Assembly: GCA_965198235.1 (NCBI GenBank)
Contig: OZ240248.1
Coordinates: 2,976,001 to 3,040,000 of the forward strand
Origin: Candidatus Poribacteria bacterium
Lineage (GTDB): Bacteria > Poribacteria > WGA-4E > WGA-3G
DNA: 64,000 nt
Direction of reading: 5' to 3'
Every line of letters starts with the position of its first letter. Within the stretch, counting starts at the first letter, position 1. Under the pieces are notes generated by a model, which was not told the DNA's origin, ran no database searches, and was given only the letters and a program-made list of their open reading frames with translations. Position numbers and translations under genes: made by a program. Positions 20,357-30,909 of this stretch are shown here, piece after piece.

Positions 20357-21986
20357 TAAACACATTTTGAAATCGGACCCTGCAATCTATACAGAGATAA
20401 AAATGTTAAAATTTGCAGGTGTCGTTCTAAAACCGCATTTGATAAGATTTTTCGCTATTATCTTTTGCCTCAGTATTAGCAGTGCGGTCGCCCAAGAGGC
20501 AGCGTCACCGATTGCTGTGCCAGTTGCGGCAGCGAGACGCGGGACAATTGTTTCCACAAAGCAGTACACCGGGCATTTAGAACCGCACGCTGAGATGAAG
20601 GTATTTGCCAATGTTCCGGGGAAAATTGTTGCCCTGAACGCGACCGTTGGGCAAAGTGTGGCGAAAGATGATGTGCTTGCAGAGACGAATTCAAGAGAAG
20701 CCGCACTTGCCGTGATACGTGCAGAATCGGCATTAAGCAGCGCGCAATCCCGATTCACGTTGACGGAAGCAAATGCCCAAGCGAGTGTTGAATCTCAGTT
20801 GGCAGTTGCACAGGAGACGCTAATGACAGCGCAGTCGAACCTTGTGGAGACGCAATCGCTTGCTGAAATGCGTGTCCGTAATCAACTCGTGCAGGCAGAA
20901 GCAGCTTACCAAGCAGCCGTGGAGACAATTGAAAAATCGAAAACAAATGCAGAACAAGGCTTGGAACGCGCGAGGGTGGAGCGCGAGGGTGCTAAAGCGG
21001 ATTATGATCGAAACAAATCGCTCCACGATAAGCAGCTCATCAGTGGTAGCAATTTTGAATCAGTAGAAAAGCGTTTGAGATTGGCAGAAACCCGTTTAGA
21101 GGAAGCTCAGGTTACAGCAAGACAGTTTGAGGAAGGTTCAACGCATCTTTCCGTGGAAAAGGCGAAAGCAGAATTAGCCGTTGCTCGGAAGCTGGTCGAG
21201 ATCCGCAGTTGGGAACGCGAGATCGCTTTGGCAGAATCAAAGGTGACTCAGGCACAAGCCAACCTCAACGCGGCGCAGAAACTGGTGGAAGCAAAATCTT
21301 GGGAGCGAGAGATTGAGATAGCCAGATCGGCAGTGAGTCAAGCCGAAGAACAACTCAAACTCGCCCAAGAACAGGTGAGTGCTGCGACTATTAAATCTCC
21401 AATTGATGGCGTTATTGCCACGCGTCACTTGAACGTAGGGGATTATGCAGGGTCCGCCTCCTCACCTACAGGGAAACCAGTATTTACGGTCATCGGAGTT
21501 AAGGTCCTCAAAGCCATTTGGAGCATGCCTGTCACGGACGCGCGCCGCATTCACAGCGGCGAACTCGTCCTGATTTCTACGGATGCCGGCATTCGGAATA
21601 TTGTCGGCACAATCGATTTTATGAGTCCGACGGTCAACCGTGAAAACAACACAGTGCTTGTCCATGCCAACGTACCGAATTCTGTGGGGACACTCTCTCA
21701 CAATAGTGGTCTAAGACCGGGTGGCACAATCACAGTTTCTATAAAAACAGGTGAGCGGAAAAATGTCCAAATGCTTCCGTTGCGTTCAGTCTTGCACATT
21801 CAGAATGGAAGCGGAACCGTCTTTATCGTTGAAGGGAACTCGGCACGCCGGGAACAGGTAAGCGTTGGTGCTGTTTACGGTGGTGAGATAGAGGTTACCG
21901 CGAGACTTTTGAACGGAACATTGGTGATTGTTAGTGAACAACATCGATTACAGGATGGAACGCCGGTGTCTATTGTTCGTGATTAG
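20349..21986 (+). CDS. Efflux RND/ABC periplasmic adaptor (MFP) with long coiled-coil hairpin
   Basis: Lipoyl halves VPGKI...VGQSV and IKSPIDGVI; LRPG; VFIVEG; LQDG. Confidence 0.85.
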   Translation: MINKHILKSDPAIYTEIKMLKFAGVVLKPHLIRFFAIIFCLSISSAVAQEAASPIAVPVAAARRGTIVSTKQYTGHLEPHAEMKVFANVPGKIVALNATVGQSVAKDDVLAETNSREAALAVIRAESALSSAQSRFTLTEANAQASVESQLAVAQETLMTAQSNLVETQSLAEMRVRNQLVQAEAAYQAAVETIEKSKTNAEQGLERARVEREGAKADYDRNKSLHDKQLISGSNFESVEKRLRLAETRLEEAQVTARQFEEGSTHLSVEKAKAELAVARKLVEIRSWEREIALAESKVTQAQANLNAAQKLVEAKSWEREIEIARSAVSQAEEQLKLAQEQVSAATIKSPIDGVIATRHLNVGDYAGSASSPTGKPVFTVIGVKVLKAIWSMPVTDARRIHSGELVLISTDAGIRNIVGTIDFMSPTVNRENNTVLVHANVPNSVGTLSHNSGLRPGGTITVSIKTGERKNVQMLPLRSVLHIQNGSGTVFIVEGNSARREQVSVGAVYGGEIEVTARLLNGTLVIVSEQHRLQDGTPVSIVRD

Positions 21987-22036
21987 TTTTATAGCCTTCA
22001 TTTCCTGATTGCAACTATAGCAAATGGATTCTGGGT

Positions 22037-23164
22037 CTATGCCCGATTTAAGGCGTAGACCCGAATCTGTTCCCATTTCCGTTTGGACCGATGCGTCGCA
22101 ACCCGCCTTTTAAAGAGTATTTCTTCTTTAAATCCAGCTTCAGCAATTATCGTTTCCAAATTCTCAATTGCCTTGGGTCCTGAAGCATCAGCATATCCCA
22201 ACAAAACAGTGCCATCAGGTTTCAGGAAATTTGAGACCTGCGCAAAAAAACGCTTCACCGTTTCCTGTTTCTCATCGTGGATAGCGAGTTCCGCCCGGTT
22301 ACGCACGCGAGCAACAACCCACGGCGCGTTGAAAATAATCACGTCAAATTGATGTGATGGAAATGGGTCAAACAGATCCCCAGCGGGCATGACGCGGACA
22401 GTGTCTGAATCTGGCAGGAGGCGTTGAAGGTTTAGTTTCGTTGTCGCGACCGCTTCAGGGAGCAGATCGGATGTGTACAGTTCAGCCTGTTCACCCAATT
22501 CCTGCCGTGCCAACAAGGTCAAACATCCGCTTCCGCACCCGATGTCAGCAGCGGTAGAGGGATCGGATCGACGAACATGTTGGAGTGCCTCCTGAAAGCA
22601 CTCAATTGTCTCTTGCGAGCGTGGGGCAAGGACGTTTTCGGAAGCAACGAGAGAGGCGTTGAGGGCACGGATGGGGTAGGTATCCGCCAAAGCATGTTGA
22701 ATTTGTTGGATTTTTGTGAGAGATAGAAGAAAGGGTTTTCCTTGGTTCGCTTCCGCGGGTTCTCCGGCAAGTTCCAACAGATACGGTAGAACAGGCGCGG
22801 ATTCAGCCTGTAAAATTCCATCGGCATCCGCCCAACACATCAGTCGCGTTACGGCTTCTCTCAAAGCATCGCTTGCAGATTTCCTGCGCGAATCTCTCCT
22901 ATCTCGCCGTTTGGTGTCCCGCTGCGGTTGTTGGATTAAGTCCTGTTTGTGGCGTTGGATATAATCCATCAGTGCCGTAATCTGTTCCCATTTTCCTTCT
23001 ACAACAGCAACGCCGCCGTGTCGGATGTGTGTGAATATCCTATTGAGGTGTCCTAATTCTTGATGCACAAACAGTTTGGCGCGCGCGCGCGCAAAAACCG
23101 CATCCCGACACTCAGTAGGGACATAGAGTTCACCGATGTTGCTAACGGAATAGAAGGAATTCAT
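22037..23164 (-). CDS. Class I SAM-dependent methyltransferase (PrmC/RsmC-like small domain)
   Basis: DIGCGSG, GDLF, FNAPW. Confidence 0.8.
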   Translation of the reverse strand: MNSFYSVSNIGELYVPTECRDAVFARARAKLFVHQELGHLNRIFTHIRHGGVAVVEGKWEQITALMDYIQRHKQDLIQQPQRDTKRRDRRDSRRKSASDALREAVTRLMCWADADGILQAESAPVLPYLLELAGEPAEANQGKPFLLSLTKIQQIQHALADTYPIRALNASLVASENVLAPRSQETIECFQEALQHVRRSDPSTAADIGCGSGCLTLLARQELGEQAELYTSDLLPEAVATTKLNLQRLLPDSDTVRVMPAGDLFDPFPSHQFDVIIFNAPWVVARVRNRAELAIHDEKQETVKRFFAQVSNFLKPDGTVLLGYADASGPKAIENLETIIAEAGFKEEILFKRRVATHRSKRKWEQIRVYALNRA

Positions 23165-23194
23165 TGTTTAGGGAGATGGACAAGCGTTATGGAG

Positions 23195-24274
23195 CTAAGA
23201 AATCGGGACAATCTCACCTGTTTTGACCGATTCTGCTTCCTTATAGCAGAGCAGTAGCGCATCCCTCGCGCCGACACCGGACAGTGCCGTCGGTTCGTTT
23301 TCCCAGTCGATCGCGTCAACGGCGTATTGAAGTTCACCAGTAAAGGCATCAATCGGGTCTACCTCCCCTAAATCGACCTGTTCAACTTCTCCTTCATCGT
23401 TCAGAAGTGTCAGTGGCACTGCGGTAGAGGCTTCACCTGCTAATGTTGAAAAGTCGTAAAGTAGTGTGGCTTTTTCGAGGTAGATTTCAAACCCGTGCGA
23501 GAAAGCACGTCCGCGTTGCGAGACCGCGCCCGACGAACAACTCACGGAAAGTTCCTTATCATTATAAATGTATTGGGTCGTCAAGTAATCGACATAATTG
23601 CCGCTGGCGAGTTTGCCTTGTGAAAAGACCGCATCCGGGACACCGCAGAGCAGTTGAATGAAATGGGTGTCGTGGATGTGCAAATCGATGCCGGGACCGC
23701 CACTCTTTTCGATGTTGGCAACATCTCGCGACCAACTCGGTTTGGAGATAATGCGCTTGAAGTGAGCACCGAGAAGTTCACCGTATTTTCCCTCTTCCAC
23801 CACTCGCATAGCATAAGCGTATTCAGCAAAGAAGGGTAGCACGTGTGCGACCATCAGAAAACATGGGCTTTCATGAGCTGCTTTCCGTTCTACGCCTATC
23901 TTTTTTGCGAGTTCGACGAGTTCATTGGCATCGTCAATAGAGATAGAAATCGGTTTTTCGACGAGGGTATGTTTTCCTGCTTCGAGGGATGCCATACTCA
24001 CGGGTTTGTGCAGATGCGTCGGCAGACAAATATCAACCAGTTCAACCTCTTCATCAGCAAGGAGTTCGTCAATCTCGCTGTATTTTCGGACGTTTGAGAG
24101 ATCTTCCATGCCACCTCGGGGTCCGAAATTCCCTTGAATGCCCGTCCAATCACCAGCGAGTTTCTTTGGATCTCGTGTGCAGATAGCAACCACTTCGGCA
24201 CCGGTAATGCGCTGAATGGCGTAGTAATGAATCATGCCCATAAATCCGATACCGACGATTCCGATTTTTGTCAT
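23195..24274 (-). CDS. Gfo/Idh/MocA family oxidoreductase
   Basis: GIVGIGFMG, CLPTHLH, EKP, DLHIHD. Confidence 0.92.
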   Translation of the reverse strand: MTKIGIVGIGFMGMIHYYAIQRITGAEVVAICTRDPKKLAGDWTGIQGNFGPRGGMEDLSNVRKYSEIDELLADEEVELVDICLPTHLHKPVSMASLEAGKHTLVEKPISISIDDANELVELAKKIGVERKAAHESPCFLMVAHVLPFFAEYAYAMRVVEEGKYGELLGAHFKRIISKPSWSRDVANIEKSGGPGIDLHIHDTHFIQLLCGVPDAVFSQGKLASGNYVDYLTTQYIYNDKELSVSCSSGAVSQRGRAFSHGFEIYLEKATLLYDFSTLAGEASTAVPLTLLNDEGEVEQVDLGEVDPIDAFTGELQYAVDAIDWENEPTALSGVGARDALLLCYKEAESVKTGEIVPIS

Positions 24275-24365
24275 TTCTCTACCTCTATTTGATAGAAGAA
24301 GGCACAGGTACCGGTCCCTTTTAAGGGTGATGCCTGTGCCGTTGAGTCTTTATGCGAGACCGTGT

Positions 24366-25157
24366 TTAGTATGTGCTGGTTCTTGACTTGATACTACCCC
24401 ACGTCGTTGTTGCTTTATCGCGAGGTGAGACTGCCAGGAAGCCTTCGTTCATTATCTCGTTGATTTCATCTTCGCTGAGCGCACGCCGCCAGACTGCCGC
24501 TTCGTCGATAGAACCGTTCTCAAAGGTATAATTCGGACGATCTTTAGAGCATCCGATCCTCAAGTCCTGATCGTTGGTCCCTTTGAAATCAAACTTTTCG
24601 TCTTTCTCCGCGGCGACTTCGCCATCAACGTAGACTTTCATGGTTGACCCGTCATAAGTTCCAACGACGTGTTGCCATTTCTTCGTATCCAGTGCATGCG
24701 GCACGCTCAGGGTCGGTCTGTTGTTGCCGGTCCCTAAGAACATGTTAAAATTCTTACCTCCGTTGAAAGCACCGATGCCGTAGGAAGAATGCTCGCCGCC
24801 GTTATGGCAGTTTTTGTCGAACCACTGGGCATCAGTGGCCCAAGAGTCCTGATTGATCCAAGCCGCCATCGTGATTTCACCCGTGATTTTCAGGTCATCG
24901 GAGGCTGGTACATTGACACAATCGGGTCCTACGTTTGTAATGCGAATCGCATCCCCGTATTTGCCTTTCACAATTTCGGTATTGGCGATGATATCTGCGT
25001 CAAGTCCGTTGCCAGAATCGTCAACAATCGTTTTACCGTTGACGTTGTCAAACGTGAAGTAAACGACGAGTCCTTCGGCGAGATCTGCCGTGGCGTATCC
25101 TACCGCTATAAACATCAACGCGCTGAGTAGCATAGCGTAACCAAATAGCTTTTTCAT
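24366..25157 (-). CDS. Secreted LamG-like domain protein with TWG-type tail
   Basis: GKYGDA, WQHVVGTYDG, GSIDE; ends AVSPRDKATTTWGSIK. Confidence 0.88.
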   Translation of the reverse strand: MKKLFGYAMLLSALMFIAVGYATADLAEGLVVYFTFDNVNGKTIVDDSGNGLDADIIANTEIVKGKYGDAIRITNVGPDCVNVPASDDLKITGEITMAAWINQDSWATDAQWFDKNCHNGGEHSSYGIGAFNGGKNFNMFLGTGNNRPTLSVPHALDTKKWQHVVGTYDGSTMKVYVDGEVAAEKDEKFDFKGTNDQDLRIGCSKDRPNYTFENGSIDEAAVWRRALSEDEINEIMNEGFLAVSPRDKATTTWGSIKSRTSTY

Positions 25158-25320
25158 CCAGTTTCTCCTCCTGTGGAGTCTTCTTACATCAGAAATGCAA
25201 ATTTGCTTGTTCGGAAGTAATTAGAGTGTATCACGAAAATCGGAAGAATGCAATGCGTTTTTCTTTAGGAATCAGAGGCATTCAATTTTCCATTTATGGA
25301 AACTGACCACTAACGTCCTT

Positions 25321-25423
25321 GTAATCCTGCAAATCCTGATTCAGACCGCAACCGCCGATGGGGTCTAAGACTCCCTATAATCTGCGAAATCTGCGAAATC
25401 CGTGTCATCCGCGATTCAGACAA
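25321..25423. repeat. AATCTGCG/ATTCAGACAA repeat family copy
   Basis: AATCTGCGAAATCTGCGAAATCC...GATTCAGACAA; related copies near 7025, 26277 and 48430. Confidence 0.7.
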
Positions 25424-26227
25424 CTAAAACGCTTTCCGCTTAATATTGCCCCACGTTGTGGCGATCTTATCCTTCGGTGAAACCGCGAGTAAGGAGCTTC
25501 GCATAGCACTTCTAATTTCATCATCACTCAGGGCACGAGCCCATATCGCAACTTCGTCGATGGAACCGCCTTCAAACGCGTACTGTGGTCTATGCTTCGC
25601 ACAGCCAATCCGCAAATCTTCGTCATTTATACCATTAAAGCGAAACTGAAATTCGGGCGGGAGGCGTCCAGGTGGGTTGAGGATTTCCCCGTCGAGATAA
25701 AATTTTACACTTGTGCTGTTGCTGGTTGCTACAATATGATGCCACGTTTTATTCTTCATGCTATTCTGAATTATGAAGCGCACTTGGTGTTCGCCGCCTA
25801 AGACAACCCCGATTCCCGAACTATGGGCATCTTCTTTACTGAAGACTGCCATGCCGTATGAACTGGCTCTGCTATAACATCCTTTATCAAACCATTGAGA
25901 AGTGCTTTCCATCCAGTTTTCATGGTACACCCATGCCATCATCGTGATCTCTCCACTGATTTCCAAAGCATTTGTGGACGGAATATTCACACAATCTTCA
26001 GTCTCGTTAGTAATGTGGATTGCCTTCCCGTATTTGCCTTTGACAAATTTAGTGTTTTTGATAACCTTGGCATCCAGACCGTTCCCAGATTCATCAAAGA
26101 TCCGCTTGCCCTTGACATTGTCGAACGTGAAGTGAACGACAAGATCGTCAGTGAGATCCGCTGTAGCATATCCTACTGACACAAGCACCAGAACAACGAA
26201 TAAAAGGTAGTAAAATAGACATCCCAT
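25424..26227 (-). CDS. Secreted LamG-like domain protein, tandem paralog of 24366-25157
   Basis: Shared GYATADL, DCVNIP, QWFDK, DLRIGC; ends AVSPKDKIATTWGNIK. Confidence 0.87.
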   Translation of the reverse strand: MGCLFYYLLFVVLVLVSVGYATADLTDDLVVHFTFDNVKGKRIFDESGNGLDAKVIKNTKFVKGKYGKAIHITNETEDCVNIPSTNALEISGEITMMAWVYHENWMESTSQWFDKGCYSRASSYGMAVFSKEDAHSSGIGVVLGGEHQVRFIIQNSMKNKTWHHIVATSNSTSVKFYLDGEILNPPGRLPPEFQFRFNGINDEDLRIGCAKHRPQYAFEGGSIDEVAIWARALSDDEIRSAMRSSLLAVSPKDKIATTWGNIKRKAF

Positions 26228-26319
26228 TTTTGCCCTCTTATATGGTATATGGAAGGTTAAAAATATTAAGGATATTCAATCCTGATTCAGACAATTAACA
26301 TCCCAAATTACCGAGTTGA

Positions 26320-27147
26320 CTAATTAGATGCAAGCACGGCGTTCATAAGTTCTTCCCATCTGCCTTCAAAGTTCTCGCCGAACTCGGTTTCTCCGCCGGT
26401 TGCAAGGGGACCGCGAAGCATCGGTTTGGCTGTGTTATGCTTCTCCCAGAGCTCCCTACCGCCGAAGTCATTGTGGAGGAAATGAAGGGCAACCCCGGCG
26501 CGTTCCTTATCGGTGAGGTTTGACTTCGTGCAGTGTGCCACGCCGTAACAGAAGAACAGAACGCCACCCGCCTTCAGTTCGATCGGCACAGCGCGTTCTT
26601 CGGGCGGATCGCACCGAATATGGTGATCGCTCAGCGGGTCGCGATAGTGCTCGTAACTCTCCCGATGGCTGCCCGGTATGACATACATACAACCGTTCTC
26701 GACGTTTGCATCGTGGATAGCGATCCACATCGCAGTGCCTCGTAACGGGTCTGCGATTTTGAAATAGGCATTGTCTTGATGCCAACTCGTACCGATACCG
26801 ACTTTAGGCGGTTTCCAGAACGCCTGATCCAGTTCTAACATGAATTCATCTCCGATAAGTTGTTGAACAGCGGAGATGACTTTCGGATGAAAGGGCAACG
26901 CTTTGTGCAAGTCGCTACGGTTGTTGAGCGGAATTACCTGAAGGTTTTGTCGCTCACCCTCATTGTTCCGCTTGGTTCCGTCTGCTTGCACGGCGCAATT
27001 GATACCGGTTCCGTTTTTGAGTTCAGTGTCGTATATCCGTTCTAATTCCAGTCGGAGAGCCTTCGCTTCAACGGGATCGAAAAATCCTTCGATGGTAAGA
27101 TACCCACTGTTTCGGAATTGCGCGAGTTGCTTCTCACTCAATTGCAT
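26320..27147 (-). CDS. Phytanoyl-CoA dioxygenase (PhyH) family Fe(II)/2OG enzyme
   Basis: WHQD, WIAIHDANVENGC, IPGSH, distal H...R; start taken at MQLSEKQ. Confidence 0.9.
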   Translation of the reverse strand: MQLSEKQLAQFRNSGYLTIEGFFDPVEAKALRLELERIYDTELKNGTGINCAVQADGTKRNNEGERQNLQVIPLNNRSDLHKALPFHPKVISAVQQLIGDEFMLELDQAFWKPPKVGIGTSWHQDNAYFKIADPLRGTAMWIAIHDANVENGCMYVIPGSHRESYEHYRDPLSDHHIRCDPPEERAVPIELKAGGVLFFCYGVAHCTKSNLTDKERAGVALHFLHNDFGGRELWEKHNTAKPMLRGPLATGGETEFGENFEGRWEELMNAVLASN

Positions 27148-27191
27148 GATTAAAACCACCTTTCTATGTATGATGGCACGACGTGTGCATA

Positions 27192-28604
27192 TTATCTTAA
27201 TTGCATTTCTGCGCACGGCACGATAATAGAATCCACCATGCCGTGTAGAATTTTCTTGTCGGCTGGACAGACTGCGGCTTGCATGCCCCCGAGTTTAACG
27301 GTGTTACCGACGACGAAATAGTATGGACGGAGCAGTGGACGGCACGCCATCTCTTGGACATCGCCAGCGTCGAAGTCGTAATACTGCATCCGTACCCGTT
27401 CGGCAGTGTGGAATTTCTGGAGGACGTGCGGACTTTTCTCGAAATTCTCAAGACTGTTTTCAATAACGGCTTCCCACTCCTCCGTAGGAAGATCGTGTCC
27501 GATCGCTACGCCGCGGCTCCCCCAAGCGAGTTCAGAGAAGCCCGACGGTTTGATAACCAATTCCCGTTGTTTTTGCGTCACGGAGCCGAGCTGCCGCCAA
27601 TCCGTTACGGCGTTTCCCTCCACCTCCAAATTGGGAATCACAGCATGCGGTGGTAAAGGACGTGCATCGATAACCCAAGTCTCTGGAATTGCTTGCTGTA
27701 GGAATGGGTAGGTTTTTTTGCCGAGATGCCGTTTCCAGAACGGTTGAAGCGTGGGATGATGGAAAAGCGCGAGGCACAATTTTTCTTCCAAATAGGATTT
27801 TGGCGGTGGGGTCATCACAACGGTGCGTTTCTTCGCACTATAGAACATTAACTCCGCTTTTGGGATATTGGGCAGATCAAACAATTCATAGAAGCGATAT
27901 AGTACGTCAACTTCCATCTTGCCTTCTGTCGTTTCAACAAGTAGCCCATCTTCGGTAAAAATTACCTCGTGCGGTTTGACGGTACGAGTCTCCACCCCTA
28001 CTTCGCAAAGTGCCGCGGCAAGCCATACCATCTCCGCCCAATAATCTTCCGATTCGTCTGAAACGACGATTGCGAGTGTAGGATTATCCTTCTTTGCCAG
28101 AGCCCGGATCATTTCGGCATATCCGTTCACCATCCCGTCGGTGCCGCCGATGATGCTATAGCCGAGTTGTGCGTAGAGCCGCCCTAAGCATCCTGTTGCC
28201 CCGATAAATCCGGGAATTGAGTCGAGTTCGGTAATCGCCATGCCGTCAGTGGTAGGGAGAATGTCGGGACGTAGCACGCCGGGTAATTGGCTCTTAAAAC
28301 GGTTCATCCGTCCATACTGGATGACTGTTTCCGGTTTTCCGAGCTCTAAGTACTCAGCCACCCAAGTGGGTTGAATACCCCGCACGCTTTGGGAATAGAG
28401 TAGATTGCAGGCGCGATAGAAATTTAAAAGATGCGTTCCGAGTTCCTCAAACCATCTCAAATCCGATGCGGGAATCCAGAACGGTTCCGGGGAGATGCGC
28501 CAAGAGGTGTTGCAATCTGGATGGACATCCCGTTTTTCTGCTTCAAATAGTTTCGCCTTCGGGATTTCGTCGTTAATAAATAGACATTTCTGTTTGGCAT
28601 CCAA
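27192..28604 (-). CDS. Circularly permuted ATP-grasp / glutathionylspermidine synthase-like ligase
   Basis: RPD...ITELDSIPG, YRFYELFD, EEKL, VIKPSG, WGSRGV, VLQKF; TTG start. Confidence 0.65.
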   Translation of the reverse strand: MDAKQKCLFINDEIPKAKLFEAEKRDVHPDCNTSWRISPEPFWIPASDLRWFEELGTHLLNFYRACNLLYSQSVRGIQPTWVAEYLELGKPETVIQYGRMNRFKSQLPGVLRPDILPTTDGMAITELDSIPGFIGATGCLGRLYAQLGYSIIGGTDGMVNGYAEMIRALAKKDNPTLAIVVSDESEDYWAEMVWLAAALCEVGVETRTVKPHEVIFTEDGLLVETTEGKMEVDVLYRFYELFDLPNIPKAELMFYSAKKRTVVMTPPPKSYLEEKLCLALFHHPTLQPFWKRHLGKKTYPFLQQAIPETWVIDARPLPPHAVIPNLEVEGNAVTDWRQLGSVTQKQRELVIKPSGFSELAWGSRGVAIGHDLPTEEWEAVIENSLENFEKSPHVLQKFHTAERVRMQYYDFDAGDVQEMACRPLLRPYYFVVGNTVKLGGMQAAVCPADKKILHGMVDSIIVPCAEMQLR

Positions 28605-28783
28605 TTTTTAATTATTCCTTGCGGTTCGGTTAGGATAATTGGGTGAATGACGTTACTCGGCGTATATCCGCCTGCGCCGTTGTTGCAGGCTACAATTTTT
28701 AATTATTCCTTGCGGTTCGGTTAGGATAATTGGGTGAATGACGTTGCTCTCCGTATATCCGCCTGCGCCGTTGTTGCAGGCTA
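28602..28783. repeat. Tandem duplication, 2 x 91 bp
   Basis: 28602-28692 and 28693-28783 are near-identical. Confidence 0.92.
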
Positions 28784-28813
28784 CCATTACCGTATTAAAA
28801 GCCTCGTCTGCTG

Positions 28814-30400
28814 CTACGCAAGGAAGACCTGCTTAACGAAGTCGATCTTCTTTTGTTCAGCGATGGTTTTCAAGACGTGCCGGGGCACAGGCGTATCCAC
28901 ATTGATAAGCGTTACGGCGAGTTCCCATAAGCGTGAACGTCCGACAGTCATATCCGCGATGTTGATACCGTGTTCCCCCAGGATCGTTCCCATTAACCCT
29001 ATCATTCCCGGCTGGTCGCTATTGTAGATGAGGAGGATATATCCGGTCGGTCTCACGTTTATATGATGCTGATCTATTCGGACGATACGGATGTCCTTTT
29101 TGCCGAAAGCAGTACCTTCGATGACCGTTTCGCCTTTATCGGTTGTGATTGTAATCGCGATGGAGTTAGCAAAATCTGCTTCTGCCTCGCTCTTTGTCTC
29201 TGTAACGGCTATTCCGCGTTGCTTAATCAGAAAAGGCGCGTTTACATAGTTCACGTCCGTTAGCACAGGGGTCAAAAGCCCTTTCTGTAAAGCTACAGTT
29301 ATCGGTGTAACGTCTTCTTTCTGGAAAAGGGTGCCGTTGTAATGGATTTTAATCGCGGAGATTTGCCCCTCGACAATTTGCGCGTGGAAACTGCCAATTT
29401 TTTCAGCAAGTTCCAGATAGGGACCTAAAATATCAAGCGTCCTCGGGTCAATTTTGGGTTGATTTACAGCATTAGTGACGGGTTGTCCGCGGAGCGCGTT
29501 CATTACCTGCTGTGCTACCTCGATAGCGACATGTTCCTGCGCTTCTGATGTAGACGCGCCGAGGTGTGGGAGTGCCAGCACGTTCTCTAAGTCCAGCAGT
29601 GGTGTCTCTGTTGCGGGTTCGCTTTCAAAAACGTCAAGTGCAGCACCGGCGAGTTGCTCAGTTTTCAAGGCGTGATAGAGGGCGTTTTCATCAATAATAC
29701 CACCGCGGGCGCAGTTAATCAGGCGACAGCTTGGCTTCATCAACGTGAACTCTGACTCACCCACACTATGATACGTTTCGGCGTTGAGATGCGTGTGGAT
29801 AGAGATGTAATCGGATTCCTGAAAGAGCGTTTCACGCTCGACAAGTCGGATACCGATCTTTTCTGCCGCGCTGGCTGAAATATACGGATCGTGGGCGATG
29901 ACTTGCATCCCGAAAGCCTGTGCGCGTCGAGCGACCTCGCGTCCGATCCGTCCGAGTCCAATGGTGCCAAAAATCTTCCCGTATAACTCAACCCCGATGA
30001 AGTCGTTGCGTTTCCATGTTCTGTTTCGGAGTGAAATCCCGGCAGGCACAATGTTGCGCGCCAATGCCAACAGCATCGCGATCGTATGTTCCGCCGCCGC
30101 AATCGTATTTCCCGTTGGTGTGTTGACAACTAAGATACCGTTTCGCGTCGCTGCTTGTACATCGATGTTATCCACGCCGACCCCGGCGCGCCCGATGACC
30201 TTTAGTTGCTTCGCCTTGTCAATGACCTCCGCAGTTACCTTCGTCGCGCTTCTGATAAGCAGGGCGTTGTAGTCAGCAATCCGGTCCAGCAATTCTTCAT
30301 GAGAGAGGTTGAGGTTAACGTCCACCTCAAAATCCCCACTCTCTTCTAAAACATCTAAACCTCGCTGTGACAGCAGGTCGCTGACCAGCACCTTGTTCAT
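28814..30400 (-). CDS. serA: D-3-phosphoglycerate dehydrogenase
   Basis: RAGVGVDNID, GLGRIG, NCARGG, PHLGAST, ASB and ACT domains. Confidence 0.96.
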   Translation of the reverse strand: MNKVLVSDLLSQRGLDVLEESGDFEVDVNLNLSHEELLDRIADYNALLIRSATKVTAEVIDKAKQLKVIGRAGVGVDNIDVQAATRNGILVVNTPTGNTIAAAEHTIAMLLALARNIVPAGISLRNRTWKRNDFIGVELYGKIFGTIGLGRIGREVARRAQAFGMQVIAHDPYISASAAEKIGIRLVERETLFQESDYISIHTHLNAETYHSVGESEFTLMKPSCRLINCARGGIIDENALYHALKTEQLAGAALDVFESEPATETPLLDLENVLALPHLGASTSEAQEHVAIEVAQQVMNALRGQPVTNAVNQPKIDPRTLDILGPYLELAEKIGSFHAQIVEGQISAIKIHYNGTLFQKEDVTPITVALQKGLLTPVLTDVNYVNAPFLIKQRGIAVTETKSEAEADFANSIAITITTDKGETVIEGTAFGKKDIRIVRIDQHHINVRPTGYILLIYNSDQPGMIGLMGTILGEHGINIADMTVGRSRLWELAVTLINVDTPVPRHVLKTIAEQKKIDFVKQVFLA

Positions 30401-30702
30401 AAATCTAAAATCCTCTACCCGTATCGCGTTAAAACGGCTGCTCGTACTATTCCACTTGCAGGGTATCCCTAAATTATAGCATGTCCGAAACTCCCTGTCA
30501 ATAAGATTTTATTTTCCTTTCAGAGCCATTGGGTTTTCCATTTTTTGTAATTTTTTCCCGTCTTTGCTGACATGAACACGCTAATGACAACCGACAACTG
30601 AATACTATTGGACATTTTTTTTTGAATATGGTAATATATACGCTAATATCCATCGTGCACCCTCATAATGCGCGAATTACAAAGAAACATGGAGGCATGA
30701 AT

Positions 30703-30909
30703 ATGTTAGGCCTTGGTCCGTGGGAATTATTGATTGTGTTGGCTGTTGTGTTACTCATATTTGGTGGGAAACGTCTTCCCGAGCTGGCGCGTGGGTTGGG
30801 TAAGAGCGTTACGAACTTTAAAGCTGGGCTCAATGAAGAACAGTCGGAGGAAACCGAAACTACAGCACAGCAAGAGAAAGAGACACCACAAAACGAAAAG
30901 ACCGGGTAA
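30703..30909 (+). CDS. tatA: Twin-arginine translocase subunit TatA/E
   Basis: GGAGG RBS; GPWELLIV...FGGKRLPELARGLG. Confidence 0.93.
   Translation: MLGLGPWELLIVLAVVLLIFGGKRLPELARGLGKSVTNFKAGLNEEQSEETETTAQQEKETPQNEKTG

Noticed and set aside
28602-28783. Possible CRISPR array
   Set aside because: Only two adjacent 91-bp units with no unique spacers and no cas genes
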